Origin: Botryllus schlosseri
Taxonomy: Eukaryota
DNA length: 64,000 nucleotides
Direction: 5' to 3'
Assembly: GCA_051294905.1 (NCBI GenBank)
Contig: CM119382.1
Span: forward strand, 11,408,001 to 11,472,000
A program made the position numbers and the translations under genes. Shown here in pieces: positions 1 to 13,296 of this stretch; positions within the stretch are counted from its first letter, which is position 1; each line of letters opens with the position of its first letter. The notes beneath the pieces are model-generated. The model had not been told where the DNA came from. It saw only the letters and a list, made by a program, of their open reading frames with translations, and did no database searches.

Positions 1-36
1 ATTAAAAATAAAATCAACCATAGCCATTTTCTTCAG

Positions 37-2448
37 AAAGCCGCCGTAATGGAACTGCAGCTAAAAGAAAATTCCAACTATACCCATCACACGCCAGCTG
101 AATCAATTTATTTCTATGGTTGCGCTCCTTAACCTGTTGCAAAATTGTTGCACGATTTCTTCACTTGGACTTGCTCGGCCTGGTTTCTTGACGCGACCTC
201 CACATTTGAGTCCCATCATTTCTTTACGTAGTGCATTGCCCACAGGTTGAACCCCTTATTTAGATGAACTCGGCCCTTTTAGAGGTTGATTTTGCATTGG
301 ATTGAGCTGAATTGTGATGCGCAGCTGAAGAATTGGCGCTCACGCTATGTCTGCATGTACCGATAATCAAATTAGTGGTACCGGGGCCTACGATAACTTA
401 GGGAGGTATATTGAACTTAGATGATGTAATATAAAAGGGTTGCTTTTTTGTCAGTATTCCTGAACGGATCGTTTATGAGCGCCTTGTTCATCACTTGCTC
501 GATGGCCCTTCGTCAAATGGCGAATGTTCCCGTTCCGTCGTTCGCCGAGGGCGGCATTTTGTGGTTTAACGATCTCTCTATGGCGGACCCATTTTACGGC
601 CTGCCACTTATCGCCGGTGTACTAGTGGGAAGCTTTATTCATGTCTCGCTCAACGCCGGGACGATATCTGGACAGTATTCAGGGTGAGTAGAATATTGAA
701 CTTACCAGAGGTGGTCAATATACATAATAATAATAATTTGAATTTTGAAAATTAGAAAATAGTTGAGATGAGTTTTTTCTACTTCCACTTGAAGTAGTTT
801 TGACATGTCTTTGAAATCGCTACTTCTACTTGTAATTGAGTAGAAATTTGGGGCATTATTTCCACTTGACCTTAGTAGCAACACTAACCTCTGGGTGCGC
901 AAGTTTGACTTGATACGTTGATACCTATCTCCAGTCATGTATGTTTACAAGATCCGTTGTTCTGAATTCCAAATCTTCATCCTGTATATCAGGGTTGTAA
1001 TCAAGTCGCAAGGTTCCGAGTCACAAGTCAATCTCACTTTTGTAGTTTTGACTCGAGTCAAGTCCAAGTCAGTGAGTGGAGGGTCGAGTCATTGTGTTGT
1101 GACTCGAGTCTGAGACAAGTCATTGTGTTCACGGTTCAGTTCTTTCAACTTTGCTGGAGTGAGATGGATTGGCTCACATTCATAATGTCGTAATTTTCCT
1201 CAGTCCGATCAGTTTCTGGGCCCTATTTTCCAAGTGACTGATACACGCAATACCAATCACGTGGAGACTTTACTATCCTTCGAAGTTATGATGAATTTGC
1301 CGTCCCAGTATCAGGTCATATCACTTGGTTGGAGTCGTGCGCAATGACTCTAGTACAGGTCGAGTGAATACACAGATTGACTCGAGTCGAGTCATTTTAC
1401 GGATTTGAAAAAATGACTCTAGTCAAGTCGAGTCACAAAAAAAATAGCGAGTCGAGTGATTACTTGAGCCATCACAACCCTTCTGTATATGCTGGCAGTG
1501 GGTATGAATTTTCGTAGTCATGACGAGGGTTTGGAAAGAAGGCTGGAAATTTTGTAACGATGACGTGACCACTGATTCATTTTAACGTAAAAAACAATGA
1601 CATCATAATGTCCAAATCGAACTAAGGTTACTCTTGCCCTTCTGGATACGTTACTGGTCATGGCCGTGGCCACAGTCGAATTTGGACTGTTCAAAAACAT
1701 TCCATTTCAGCTTCACAATGTCAATCATCCAAAAACTTGGGAGGACTAAATTGCCGTAACCACGCCTGGCTATGCCGGTGCGCAAATAACTTCATCATGA
1801 TAACCAGAGCTGGTCAAAGTAATCATCGTTGGTACTCAAGAAGGAGAGGGCTCCTGGAAATATATTTTGACGAAAAATACACGTGTTCTCTGCACTCCGT
1901 TACTAAGTACTTTCCCCATATATCACGGTAATGTCTTGTTTTAGATTCGCCCGAAAAGCCAAGTACGTTCCGGTCGTGTTGATTCCGCTGATTTTCGGCA
2001 ACGCGTCGTGCGCTGTTTTTCTCTACGGCATAACCACCGGCACCTTCAGTCTGTGCGCGCTAACGCTACTGAACATCCCCGCGGTTCGCGAAAAGTTGAA
2101 AATTCCGGAAAGGGTACTGCTGTCCCGTTGGAATATGCTGTTCTTCACTTAACTGACATCTCTCTTTAGAGAGCGCCTGCCGCGACGATAGCCGGTGAAA
2201 GCGTCGGTCCGATGGCCAAGTTCAGAGAGATGAGGAACCAGAGTTACGAGACTACGTACAAAAAGATTCGCGTCAAAGAGATACGGAGTGAAAAGAAGCG
2301 TAGCGAGAAAGAACGCAAGAAAAGACTGAAGGGTGATCCGCCGGTTACTTACGAGATTGGGATTGAAGCGATACAGTCCACTCCTGAAGTTCCCGACTTT
2401 GAGAGAGACTGGAGACCGCAAAGGCCGAAGTATGCGGGGCAGTTTTGA
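37..2448 (+). CDS. OXA1L: Mitochondrial inner-membrane insertase OXA1L, 3' portion (5' exons lie upstream of the window)
   Basis: Exons 37-118 (tentative, donor GTTGCG), 455-683, 1945-2113 and 2170-2448 (TGA) have GT-AG borders and compatible phases. The peptides MALRQMANVPVPSFAEGGILWFNDLSMADPFYGLP and LNIPAVREKLKIPER match the Oxa1/YidC family as I recall it (human [46 protein letters not shown]). A basic, Lys/Arg-rich C-terminal tail follows. Confidence 0.9.
990..1482. mobile_element. hAT-type MITE (GACTCGAGTC-repeat family) in an OXA1L intron
   Basis: Termini CAGGGTTGT...ACAACCCTT, perfect 8-bp TSD CTGTATAT (982-989 and 1483-1490), and many subterminal GACTCGAGTC repeats. An inverted homolog is at 60412-60946 and a fragment at about 18240-18320. 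Confidence 0.85.
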
Positions 2449-2481
2449 TGCGTTGTGATGTCGAGCTTGTTTTTTTTCTCG

Positions 2482-2487
2482 AATAAA
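2482..2487 (+). promoter_or_regulatory. Probable polyadenylation signal of OXA1L
   Basis: AATAAA 33 nt downstream of the stop codon. Confidence 0.5.
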
Positions 2488-2695
2488 TGTGAAGATTTCG
2501 ATACTGCTGGCTAATTGACTGAATCTGCTGTGGGAGCGGGTCAGATGATATAAATCAGGGATGTCAAACTCAACTGACGTCGCGGGCTGGATTCAGCACT
2601 TCAGATCGCTCGCGGGCCGCACCGAATTACTCACTCTCGAAATACCCTTGTTTTTCATTTGAATAGGCCTATTTCATTAACCAGCCTATATACCT

Positions 2696-3075
2696 TAGGG
2701 GTCTTCAAAAATGAATTTTTTCCTCAAATCGTACTGGCTACTTGATAAAATTGTTAGGTTACCTAATTTAAGCCTACACACCAAATTTGGTTCAATTCCA
2801 ACCAGTAGCCCATTGCTACAGGAGAAGAAAGTTTCTGTTAATTATATAAAATAAATAACAAAACATTTGAAAATTTTCTATTCAACCCATGAAAGTGTTG
2901 GGTTGTCTATAGAAACGATGTTCACCAAATTTGGTTCAATTCCAATCAGTGGAAGCGGAGTTATTGCCGTCGAAAAATTTGGATTATGAATAAAATACTG
3001 TAGTATTTACGGTGACCAATTCTTTATTTATTTATTATAGCCCACCGTAAATACTATTATTTTCAAATCGAGGCT
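2696..3075. mobile_element. Truncated copy of a foldback hAT-type MITE (left arm plus central hairpin)
   Basis: Begins TAGGGGTCTTCAAAAATG and aligns with 12971-13181 and, inverted, with 15823-16188. Contains the hairpin TAGTATTTACGGTG...CACCGTAAATACTA. Confidence 0.75.
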
Positions 3076-3772
3076 GAATACCTCTATTCTATTTTCCGTG
3101 TACCTTACATATAAGGGTTTCGCTCATTGGCGTTTTCGCTTCTGTGACTATAACTAGTTTTTAATCTGTTTATTCTATAAATGACTGAATTGAATATGCA
3201 CTTTCTTGCCTACTCGGAATTTGGTGTTGCAGACCAGATATGGCGTCTGATAACCTGCTAGAGTTGTAACCTGAGTCCCACGTAATGTGTGGCTGGGTAG
3301 ATATACTTAGCTCTTTTCGTAGTAGACGCACGTCCCTGCGTTAGTCCTTGATCTGACAACTTCAACGTGAATGCAACGACAGTATTGCCTCAGATAGATA
3401 TATTGGTCGAATATGTATGGAATATACAGTAGGATATCGCAGATGAGTCTGCCTTTGTAATTGAAATGCACGAGCTGATAAATGGTAAGTCACGTGGTTG
3501 CGAGAAGAAAGATATAAGTCACGTGATATACAGATATGGGCGATGTACCATAATGATGTTGTATCTTACAAAGTGTATGAACCGTGAGAGGGCGCCCTAC
3601 AGTGTCAATGCCAGGTGTCAGCGACCTGCTCATATAGTGACTAAAAACCACAACACAGCAGTGGGGTGGCTGCAGTGGCGGCTCGTGACAATATCGGGTG
3701 GTGGGGCAAGGGCTGCAAGCGACTTTTTATTAAGATGACGTCACAATGGCGTTTTCCAACGTGAACAAGTTA

Positions 3773-6053
3773 AGGCTGCTGCACACTGGCTTTGCGACAC
3801 GACTAAAACAGGTAAAGGCCTCTGCACACTGACCTCGCGACGCAACATCGCGAGTTGCGCGTTGCGAGTTGCGAGTCGTAAGTCGCGAAGCAATGCACAC
3901 TGGTCCCGGCAGTGCCCACAAGCGGCAACTACAGCTCTTGCGCGTTCTGTCCGAAGTCTCGCAATGGATACACATTGCACAGCTCCCGATAGATCGCAAA
4001 ATGAATATTTCGATGGGTATACAATGGGTTTGTCAATGAATAAGATGACGTCTTATATGCACACACTTTTCCATTAACGAACCAATATCATATTTCAATG
4101 CTGAAAACGCATAATCTGAGTGACCCAGTTAAAGGCGCTATTTCCGGTTGTCGATCCAAATTTCTGGAGTTCTAGCTGTAGCCTATTATGCTACAGACAC
4201 CAAGCCTTTCTGTATTTCACTGCCTCAGTGACTGCATCAACTGTCAAGCACTCATACATTAATTTCTCGATATGATAGAGAACAACATTCAAATGCATTA
4301 TAATTTTATTGTATATGAATTAAGTCTTAACAATATTCAAATATGACTCTGGGATTCTTTCCTTTTCAATCTTCGATTCGCCCTCAGGTATCAAGCATGG
4401 AAACTGATCCGTAGGCCTGGTTGATTCATTCTCCATAATGATGCATAGTCCATTTCTGACTTATAATATTAGCCACTACAATTCGTACCGAAGTCTGATA
4501 AAGAGGAGAATAGACGAAATCTAACATCAAGAGTTACACTGCTGCTACCTAGTCAACAAAAAGATTTTCAGACGTCGTGTACTGAGATGTACCGGTATCT
4601 GAAATATACATCAGTGAACCCATGACATACCACGATTATATGTACCCGCTTAACCCAGTTTCCAACCAATGTACACTGTACAGGTTAAAATGAATCAGAC
4701 AAGGTATATATCTAATAAATCCACCTGTAGACATACAATGACTGAGAGTTTCGCGGTATCGGTACTGCCGGAGCTGGTTGGCCTTTGGTAATTACCAAGT
4801 ACCGGTACTGCTTACAGTAGAATGCGCTCTTGCAGTTAAGCTTCAAGTTTTAAAATGGCCTCAAATCAGTCTAAATTCAATGAGGAAACAATTATAGATG
4901 CCAAAACAAGCAATACCCGGTCAAACTATTGCGGTGACATAGAGCTAACGATCAGTAACTGCTGACCAGTCGCTCGCAACTCGCGACAAAGTTGAAAATT
5001 TTCAACTTTGTCGCGGAGTTGCGCAACCCTATCGCAGACGGCATGTTGCGAGTTGCCGGCGACTCCGGTCTGCATGGTCCAGTCGCAGACAGGCGCGATT
5101 CTCTCGTTTTATCGGGTCGCGAGCTCAGTGTGCAGAGGCCTTTAATTCCCCGATCGTGTCGCGGTAGTTGCGTTCTGCTGCACACTGACACCGAGTCGTA
5201 CACTCGTAACGTAGGCCTATCTGTTCTGTACCAGCTTAATGATTTCGTAACAGTATAGGTTCTTGGTTATTACTTTAGAAGAACACATCAATATACTTCC
5301 TACACATATGTGTTTTCTATGTGTACTGACAGCATTTTGCTGATGCTCCGAATTTTGATAAGGAATACATCATAATGCCACTAAGATATTCTCAAATTCG
5401 AAAACTCAGTTTATTATTTCAACTCAAGACGCAGATGCCCAATATACAGTACTAAGATACAAAGAATATAAACAAGAAGGTGTCTAATCGTTGATACGCC
5501 CTAACATACTCCATCAATCAGATATCTTTATAATATAAAGGCCTACTCTCCTTGGCCTACCGGTACTTTCGCAATGTCAAGCTTGTCAGTGGCATTCGCG
5601 GGCTAGCGGTCATGTTCTCTGTTATTCATCTTGTCTTGTGAATATATCGTAATTTAATTATCAAATATATCTTCATTTCGTTCATCCATCTTCTAAGTTA
5701 TCAACTTGAGGTTGAATCATTCTTTTTCTGGGCTTGTTGGATATCATACAGCGCCCTGAGTCAATCCCAAGATAAATTACGCATCTGGTACACGAGTATG
5801 TTAAATTAGGAAGTTGAACGATTAGAAAAGATTGCAACAGCACCGTCGAAATAAGAGCGCGTGCTTATTTTCTACGGCGACTGAGCCCGCAACTTGCGAC
5901 AAAGTTGGATTTTTTCAACTTTGTCGGCGAGTTGCGCAGCCCGCTCGCCGACGCTTTGTTGCGTAGTCTGGCGACGCGGTGTGCATGGTCCAGTCACAGA
6001 CAGGCGCGATTCTCTCGTTTTGTCGTGTCGCGAGAGCCAGTGTGCAGCAGCCT
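3773..6053. mobile_element. PIF/Harbinger-like non-autonomous element X (hosts element Y1)
   Basis: Terminal inverted repeats (TIRs) AGGCTGCTGCACACTGG...CCAGTGTGCAGCAGCCT in a TTAA context at both ends. The right subterminal region (about 5880-6050) is homologous to the right end of Y. The superfamily is inferred from the AGGC...CACACT terminus and the TA-rich target. Confidence 0.65.
3816..5141 (+). mobile_element. PIF/Harbinger-like non-autonomous element Y1 (about 1.33 kb)
   Basis: TIR AGGCCTCTGCACACTGA...TCAGTGTGCAGAGGCCT with TAA/TTAA flanks. It matches the inverted copy Y2 along its full length and has no transposase ORF. Confidence 0.8.
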
Positions 6054-6055
6054 TA

Positions 6056-8443
6056 AGGCCTCTGCACACTGAGCTCGCGACCCGATAAAACGAGAGAATC
6101 GCGCCTGTCTACGACTGGACCATGCAGATCGGAGTCGCCGGCAACTCGCAACATGCCGTCTGCGACAGGGTTGCGCAACTCCGCGACAAAGTTGAAAATT
6201 TTCAACTTTGTCGCGAGTTGCGAGCGACTGGTCAGCAGTTACTGATCGTTAGCTCTATGTCAACGCAATAGTTTGTCCGGGTATTGCGTGTTTTGGCATC
6301 TATAATTGTTTCCTCATTGAATTTAGACTGATTTGAGGCCATTTTAAAACTTGAAGCTTAACTGCAAGACCGCATTCTACTGTAAGCAGTACCGGTACTT
6401 GGTAATTACCAAAGGCCAACCAGCTCCGGCAGTACCGATACCGCGAAACTCTCAGTCATTGTATGTCTACAGGTGGGTTTATTATATATATACCTTGTCT
6501 GGTTCATTTTAACCTGTACAGTGTACATTGGTTGGAAACTAGGTTAAGCAGGTACATATAATCGTGGTATGTCATGGGTTCACTGATGTATATTTCAGAT
6601 ACCGGTACATCTCAGTACACGACGTCTGAAAATCTTTTTGTTGACTAGGTAGCAGCAGTGTAACTCTTGATGTTAGATTTCGTCTATTCTCGTCTTTATC
6701 AGACTTCGGTACGAATTGTAGTGGCTAATATTATAAGTCAGAAATGGACTATGCATCATTATGGAGAATGGATCAACCAGGCCTACGGATCAGTTTCCAT
6801 GCTTGATACCTGAGGGCGAATCGAAGATTGAAAAGGAAAGAATCCCAGAGTTATATTTGAATATTAAGACTTAATTCATTTACAATAAAATTATAATGCA
6901 TTTGAATGTTGTTCTCTATCATATCGAGAAATTAATGTATGAGTGCTTGACAGTTGATGCACTCACTGAGGCAGTGGAATACAGAAAGGTTTGGTGTCTG
7001 TAGCATAATAGGCTACAGCTAGAACTCCAGAAATTTGGATCGGCAACCGGAAATATCGCCTTTAACTGGGTCACCCAGATTATGTGTTTTCAGCATTGAA
7101 ATATGATATTGGTTCGTTAATGGAAAAGTGTGTGCATATACGACGTCATCTTATTCATTGACAAACCCATGTATACCCATCGAAATATTCATTTTGCGAT
7201 CTATCGGGAGCTGTGCAATGTGTGTCCATTGCGAGACTTCGGACAGAACGCGCAAGAGCTGTAGTTGCCGCTTGTGGGCACTGCCGGGACCAGTGTGCAT
7301 TGCTTCGCGACTTACGACCAGAGATGCCACTGAGATATTTTGGAAAAACCCAGATTTGGACGTTGAAAAAACCCAGAAAAACCCAGATCCTATATTTCAC
7401 TCAAATTTATATGATATAGCTACAAAACAGTGACTGAGAGTCATCAATGACAGTTATACGAACATAGAAGACGGTTTAGCCCTTGATATTGAAATCCCAA
7501 CTGTTCATTTTCAGACTATACATTTTGCTCAGTTAAATGGGCAAATCCATCGAAATATGATGCTTTCCTCTCAACACATTGCTACGGGCATTCGGTATGG
7601 AGGGGGGGGTCAATACGTAGTTTATTATATATTCGTAATGTTTGTCACAATGCTAATCCCCATCTATGATGAGGATGATTTTAGGGTAGTTCCAGTGACT
7701 GTGAGCTGACCAGATAGATTAAAAATAGCTTTCGATTCATTAAACCTGGGACAAGCACTTTTATCTGGGATGTTTAGTCGAAAAAGAAACTGCCAGATCA
7801 TGAAATTAAAGGTACGTAGGCCTACATTTGAATTTGACAAACCCCTCTCCCTCTGAATAACTTGCCCGGGTGACCAAACTGTCTCTTTGAGTGTCCCTGT
7901 TGAAAATGAATATACTCTGATGTCAACATGGTAAATTAGTTAGATCAACATTTGGTCTTTCCATGTGCATTAATTGCATACTTTACAGCAGTTACATACT
8001 ATTTACTGACACACAACGAATTTGTTGCAGCGCTAGCATTCAAGTCCTAAATCGTTTTAAATTGCAAAACAAATGCTCAAGAGTTGCCTTGTGAAAATGA
8101 CTTTCTGTGACCTAGTAGTCAGTATTCAATTAAGCTCTCTCATCACGCCAAGACCTCTCATTTTAATAGTAAATGGGTCTCTTTAGACTCAATCACAGTA
8201 GAATCCGTCGATGTTATAAGATCTTATCAAGCTAATAATCAATTTTGCGCCGTAAAATTGACCTGACAAACATGATGTTGAAAAAAAACCCAGATTTCAA
8301 GCACAAAAACCAAGAAACCCAGGTGATGCTCGAAAAACCCAGATCTGGGTGGAAAAACCCAGGAGTGGCATCTCTGCTTACGACTCGCAACTCGCAACGC
8401 GCAACTCGCGATGTTGCGTCGCGAGGTCAGTGTGCAGAGGCCT
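6056..8443 (-). mobile_element. Inverted copy Y2 of the Harbinger-like element, interrupted by a hAT insertion
   Basis: Same TIRs with TTA on both flanks. It is the reverse complement of 3816-5141 once 7319-8384 is removed (4 mismatches in an 80-bp sample checked by eye). Confidence 0.8.
7319..8376. mobile_element. hAT-type non-autonomous element nested in Y2
   Basis: TIR CAGAGATGCCAC...GTGGCATCTCTG, perfect 8-bp TSD CTTACGAC (7311-7318 and 8377-8384), and subterminal AAAAACCCAG repeats. Y1 carries the empty site. Confidence 0.9.
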
Positions 8444-9199
8444 TTAACTTAATGATGGTACGGTAACATGAATTTGCAGGCAACAGTGATTTTAACGTAT
8501 GTGCCACGAGAGGTCCGCTGGTGAGCTGTGACTTGAAGTGTTGTAACTGCGTAAACGGCGTACGGAACAAAGATTCAACACGGTTCATGTTCGCACTAGA
8601 CCTGGAAATGACTATAACTCGAGAGATAGCGTGAGCCTAACTGGAAAGGTCAACGAGTTCGGACAGATACGCAATTGTTATCTCATAGATTGGGCCTGTC
8701 ATATTGAATCCAAAACATTATTCTGAAGAACTAAGAATAGCAGCCTCGGAAATTCGGTCTCGGTACAGCATAGGAGATTTTGGCCTTGAAACTGGAGACT
8801 GTAACACGACACATACGGCTTTTTTACTGTCTATAGGTCTGCTGCAAAATCGCCTTTGGAAAATATATTACCGAATAAATACGTGGATGAAAGCTTTAAA
8901 CTTAGTACACTGTTACATGACATCATCGAGAAGTGGTCTCATGGCCCTTTTCGGTATGGTACACTGTCAAAATTGATGCGAACAGACCAACACCGAATTT
9001 TGCGCAAAATTTACTGAGGAATAGGCTGATCAAGTGATCAGCTGTTAGCCGCCATCGAAAACGAAATAGCTATCGCGTTTGACAGCAGGGGGTTGTGAGC
9101 AAATGGCTTGAAGGCCACAATTTCACGGTGAAATTGACATTGGAGAATATAATATCCAAGTAAATATTTGAATGCAAACTGAGAATGATATCATCATCT

Positions 9200-9800
9200 C
9201 AGTTAACGTTACCGCAGATACACCGGCTTTTGCGTGAAATCCGCAATGCGTTGTATGCCAAAGTGTCAGATCGGAGCACATCTCTACCATACTCGACCTT
9301 GATAACGAAATTACTGCCCTAATCACTGAGTATCAACCTTGAGACTTGGCACAGCGTTCGATACTAAAACCAAGACATACCATGCAAAAGCTTATGACGG
9401 ATCTAGGTAAGGAGCATCGTTAAAATCATTAGATACCAATACCGGCTTTGCGTATAATCTGTTAGCGATAAATGACGAGTCAGCTCTCACTCGAATTAGG
9501 AAACGAAATTACCACTAACACAGTTCAGTGACAAACTTAAAACTTGGTACAGCGTTCGATACTAACATTAAGACTTACCGTGCCAAATTTCATAACCGAT
9601 CTCAGTATTGAACATCGTCAAAATCAATGGATACCAATACCGGCTTTTGAGTAAAATCTGTTTGCGATACATGACGGATCACCACACACTCAACTTCGGA
9701 AACAGAATTACTACCCTAAACTTTAAGTAGAAACCCTGAAACTTGGGGCAGTGTTAAATACCACCATCACGACATGACATACCAAGTTTCAAGAGTTTTC
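9200..9800. repeat. Degenerate tandem array, about 3 units of about 200 bp
   Basis: Recurring ATACCAATACCGGCTTT...GAAATTAC...AAACTTGG(C/T)ACAGCGTTCGATACTAA at about 200-bp spacing. Confidence 0.7.
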
Positions 9801-10857
9801 ATGGTGTGAAACACCATTAAAATCGACCTATACCAGCAAAGGTCGACTAAACGCGTATTACGGTAATCGAGGTCAGATATAGATACGATTGTTACATCAC
9901 ACCTTAGGGGCGACCAGGCATATTTGCCCCACTTGCTCGGCCATTTTACGAATAGGTGAGAGTAAATCACCGTTTATTTATTGTGCGCGGCTTTGAGAGA
10001 ATAGACAGTGAAAGCTTGCTATGAGCGCTACCGGGGCATGCCCCGGCTAGGCATTCGCAAAGCGAAAACACGAAGAGAATTCGATTTTCGCAGAGACTTC
10101 GCTATATATGGGCATTTACAAGCGAAAGGACAAGAAGAATACGATTTTCGCTGTGATTTCGGTATATATAGATTGGTGTGCGTCTATAAATGGTAAAGAA
10201 TTGTTATTGAACAGAATATTAGGTGGGGCAATGCCCCAGTTGCCCTATAGGACGAGCCGCCACTGGGTGGCTGTAATGTGGCCTGTAAACATACTCGACA
10301 TGTGCTGTCTAGAAGCCCTATTTAATCGAAGTATTTATTACTAAAAATCTCAGATAGAAATGAGCTGGATATTAAACGCATTTTCAATCTACTCAAAATT
10401 GCCTCGCGAGCAGGATGAAATCATCTGGCGGGCGGTATGTTTGACACCCCTGATGTGAATAAAAGCTGTAGCTCCAAATCCGACTGCGATCTGGGGTTGT
10501 CCATATCCAAGTTATGAATAATTGGCAATTATTTACGGTGATATTGAAGATAATGGCTGAAAGTCATTCTGGTTAGGTTGAAAGCTAGTCCCTTATGTTA
10601 TATTTTCTCTGAATTCGCGAGTGGTGTTATAGTCGCCGCAGGTACAGCAACTTAAATTTGGTGATTTTGAAAAGAGGGCTGTGCGAGCCCCTAACCCTGG
10701 ATACCTCACTGTCTTGACCTATCGAAGACATGTTTATGCTTCCACGAGAATAATTATTCTCGCCGTCATGAAAATTTACTAACAAGTTGCTGCAATATTG
10801 ATAAGTTAAGAGCAAAATTTTAAAAAAAATTCAAAATGCCGTATCTTAAACCCAAAA

Positions 10858-11489
10858 GAGCCATATATGCAGGCCGTGTTATTTTTTTCAGTTTTTATTT
10901 TTGGCAGTTTTGGCATGGCATTGTCCTCTAAATACATAGTTTCAGACTCGAATTAGTCATAAAAACGCTTCATTTGGGTCAGTTTATCAAAAGAAACCAC
11001 AAAATGTGCAGCCTCCACTTTTAATCAGTGCCAACAAACAATAATAAAAACAAAAAACCTAGCGATTTGATCGATTAATAATATCAAACGAAGCCACAAA
11101 ATGTGCAGTATCCACTCGGAATCGGTGCCAATAAGCAAAAAGAAAGGAAAGCCTAACAAACACGCTCAACATCAGATTGTTATAGCAGCTGAGTCAGTCA
11201 AGTAAACCAAACGCAGTCAGTCGTTCAATTTCGCTGTGTCCACACCATGCACCCCTAATGGGTGGCCTTGACCCAGATTAAGAAACCTGCCCTTCACACA
11301 CTCTCTTCTCGCATGTAACGCAGTCATGTTAACACAACACCATGAACGAAATACACTATGGGCAGGCCGTGTTATTTTTGGCAATTTGCAAATTGCTTAT
11401 ACTTTTGGCCTTTTCAAATTTTTATTTTGGGCAGTTTTGGCATCTTACTCCTGAAAAGCCAAAAATAACACGGCCTGCATATATGGCTC
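10858..11489. mobile_element. Unclassified inverted-repeat element
   Basis: Perfect 29-bp inverted repeat GAGCCATATATGCAGGCCGTGTTATTTTT (10858-10886 and 11461-11489), with an internal partial copy at about 11361. No TSD found. Confidence 0.6.
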
Positions 11490-11589
11490 GCGATCCATAG
11501 GTTCCCGACCGCTGCTATAGGTATACCCACTTTATTGACTCAGCGGAAAATTATCCATTTACAAGTCAAAAGAAATGATACGCATAGGG

Positions 11590-12186
11590 TAGGCGCGTAG
11601 CCAGGGGTTGATTAGCGATTGTGATTAAAGAGTGACGTCTCGTAACTGAATGACAGCGAATGTCCGCAATCATGTTCGACGCGTGCGTACATGCGTAATT
11701 GATTTCCACTAGTCTTCAGTTATAGTCCAGTAGGCTTGAGTTATAAAAGAGGTAAGGTTTGAACCACCTGAAATCGGCGTCATTAAAGCACATATTCCAT
11801 AAAAACTCGTACACTTTTACTTGCGCAAATCGTCGCCGAGGCTACGTAAGACGCAAGACGCATTGATGAGCGGGCGTATTTAATTGTTGGACGCTTTGAT
11901 AAGCGCGCGAATTTAATTGTTCGACGCGTTAATAAGCGCGCGTATTCAAATGTTCGACCGGTGCGTATTTCATTGTTCACGACAGATCAGGGAGACGCTA
12001 ATTAACAGCACTTCCAGACTCGTCGACAAGCTTATCATACGTCTATAATCGCCAACACGGGAATGTTGTATCGATGATCATCGTTATTTACGCATCGCAC
12101 GTACTTAACCCTAATGAATCGATGCTACGTCACTAAATTCGAAAAAATCCGAACCCCCCATTATTTTTCGGCTGGCTACGCGCCTG
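11590..12186. mobile_element. hAT-like MITE with an internal 33-bp minisatellite
   Basis: TIR TAGGCGCGTAGCCAG...CTGGCTACGCGCCTG and 7/8 TSD GCATAGGG/GCATATGG. About 3.5 copies of a 33-bp unit (TTCGACGCGTTAATAAGCGCGCGTATTTAATTG-like) lie at about 11850-11980. Confidence 0.75.
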
Positions 12187-13296
12187 GCATATGGGTATTG
12201 TAGTTAAGAATTTCAAGGACAAATTTTATAGCCTTATACTCCTCTTTAATCTTGCTAAAATGACCAATTGATACAGGAGAATATGTATTTCCGTTGTGCA
12301 AAAGTACAAACTGCTTTTTTGACAAACAAATATTTCGCACTAGGTCATGTTAATATTGATAGAATGACTGAGAACGACATGATCGACAGTTCTTTACAGT
12401 CAATTATCTATTCATGCACTGTATTTCGCGCTTTATTTTCGAACAATATATATAAAAATTCCGTGATTTTGGAAATAAAAATGTTAATAATTTAGTCATT
12501 CATAAACATCGATAGAAGGTACAAATAACCATTTTAAGGGTTCACAATTTTCCTTCGCTCATCCCCGACGACTGCCTCACTTGACTTGCCTCCCCTAACT
12601 CCACGTCACTGACGTATCACACGGTGGGTATGGTACTGCTGTAGTGACCATGTTTAGCTCCATCTATCCATAACCCATGTGGGCAGAAAATTATGGCGCA
12701 CACAACGAACCCATATATTAGTGCTCCCAATACGTCACTGATGTTCAATTGTGACGTAACAGTTGATTGACATGTATGGCTCTTTGGGAGTTGCAATTGA
12801 AAATATTGGGAAAATATGGCTCTTCGGTCGAAAAAGGTTCCCGACCAGTGGTATAGGCCTACCTGGAATGCTCGAAATAGGCTTCTTTAACTTCAGAATT
12901 TGTTTTCAAAAGTGATTTGAAAACATTAACCCTTTAAACTAAGGTAGCGTTTGAAGTGGCCTATCTATATTAGGGCTCTTCAAAAATGACTTTTTTTTCT
13001 CAAATCGTACTGGCTACTTTATAAAATTGTTAGGTTACCTAATTTAAGCCTACACACAAAATTTGGTTCAATTCCAGCCAGTAACCGCTTTGCTACAGGA
13101 GAAGAAAGTTTCTATTTATTATATAAAAATAAATAATAAAAAATTTGAAAATTTTCTGTTCACCCCATGAAAGTGTTAGGCCAGTGGTTCTTAACCTTTT
13201 TTCCTCCAGCGCCTTCTTTCAAAAATTATCGTGCTTCAGCGCCCCGCAACCTCATATTGTAAGGAATGTAATAAAGACAATGAGTAAGAGGGAGCG

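Noticed and set aside
4856-4966. Short frame MASNQSKFNEETIIDA in element Y as a possible MADF/Myb relic of a Harbinger
   Set aside because: Only about 36 codons, and the resemblance is too weak to support by eye.
3466-8466. Many overlapping 65-100 aa ORFs, several near-duplicated (for example MQCVSIARLRTERARAVV on both strands)
   Set aside because: They are chance frames in the GC-richer ends of the inverted Harbinger-like copies. The duplication is explained by the DNA repeat, and no domain is recognisable.
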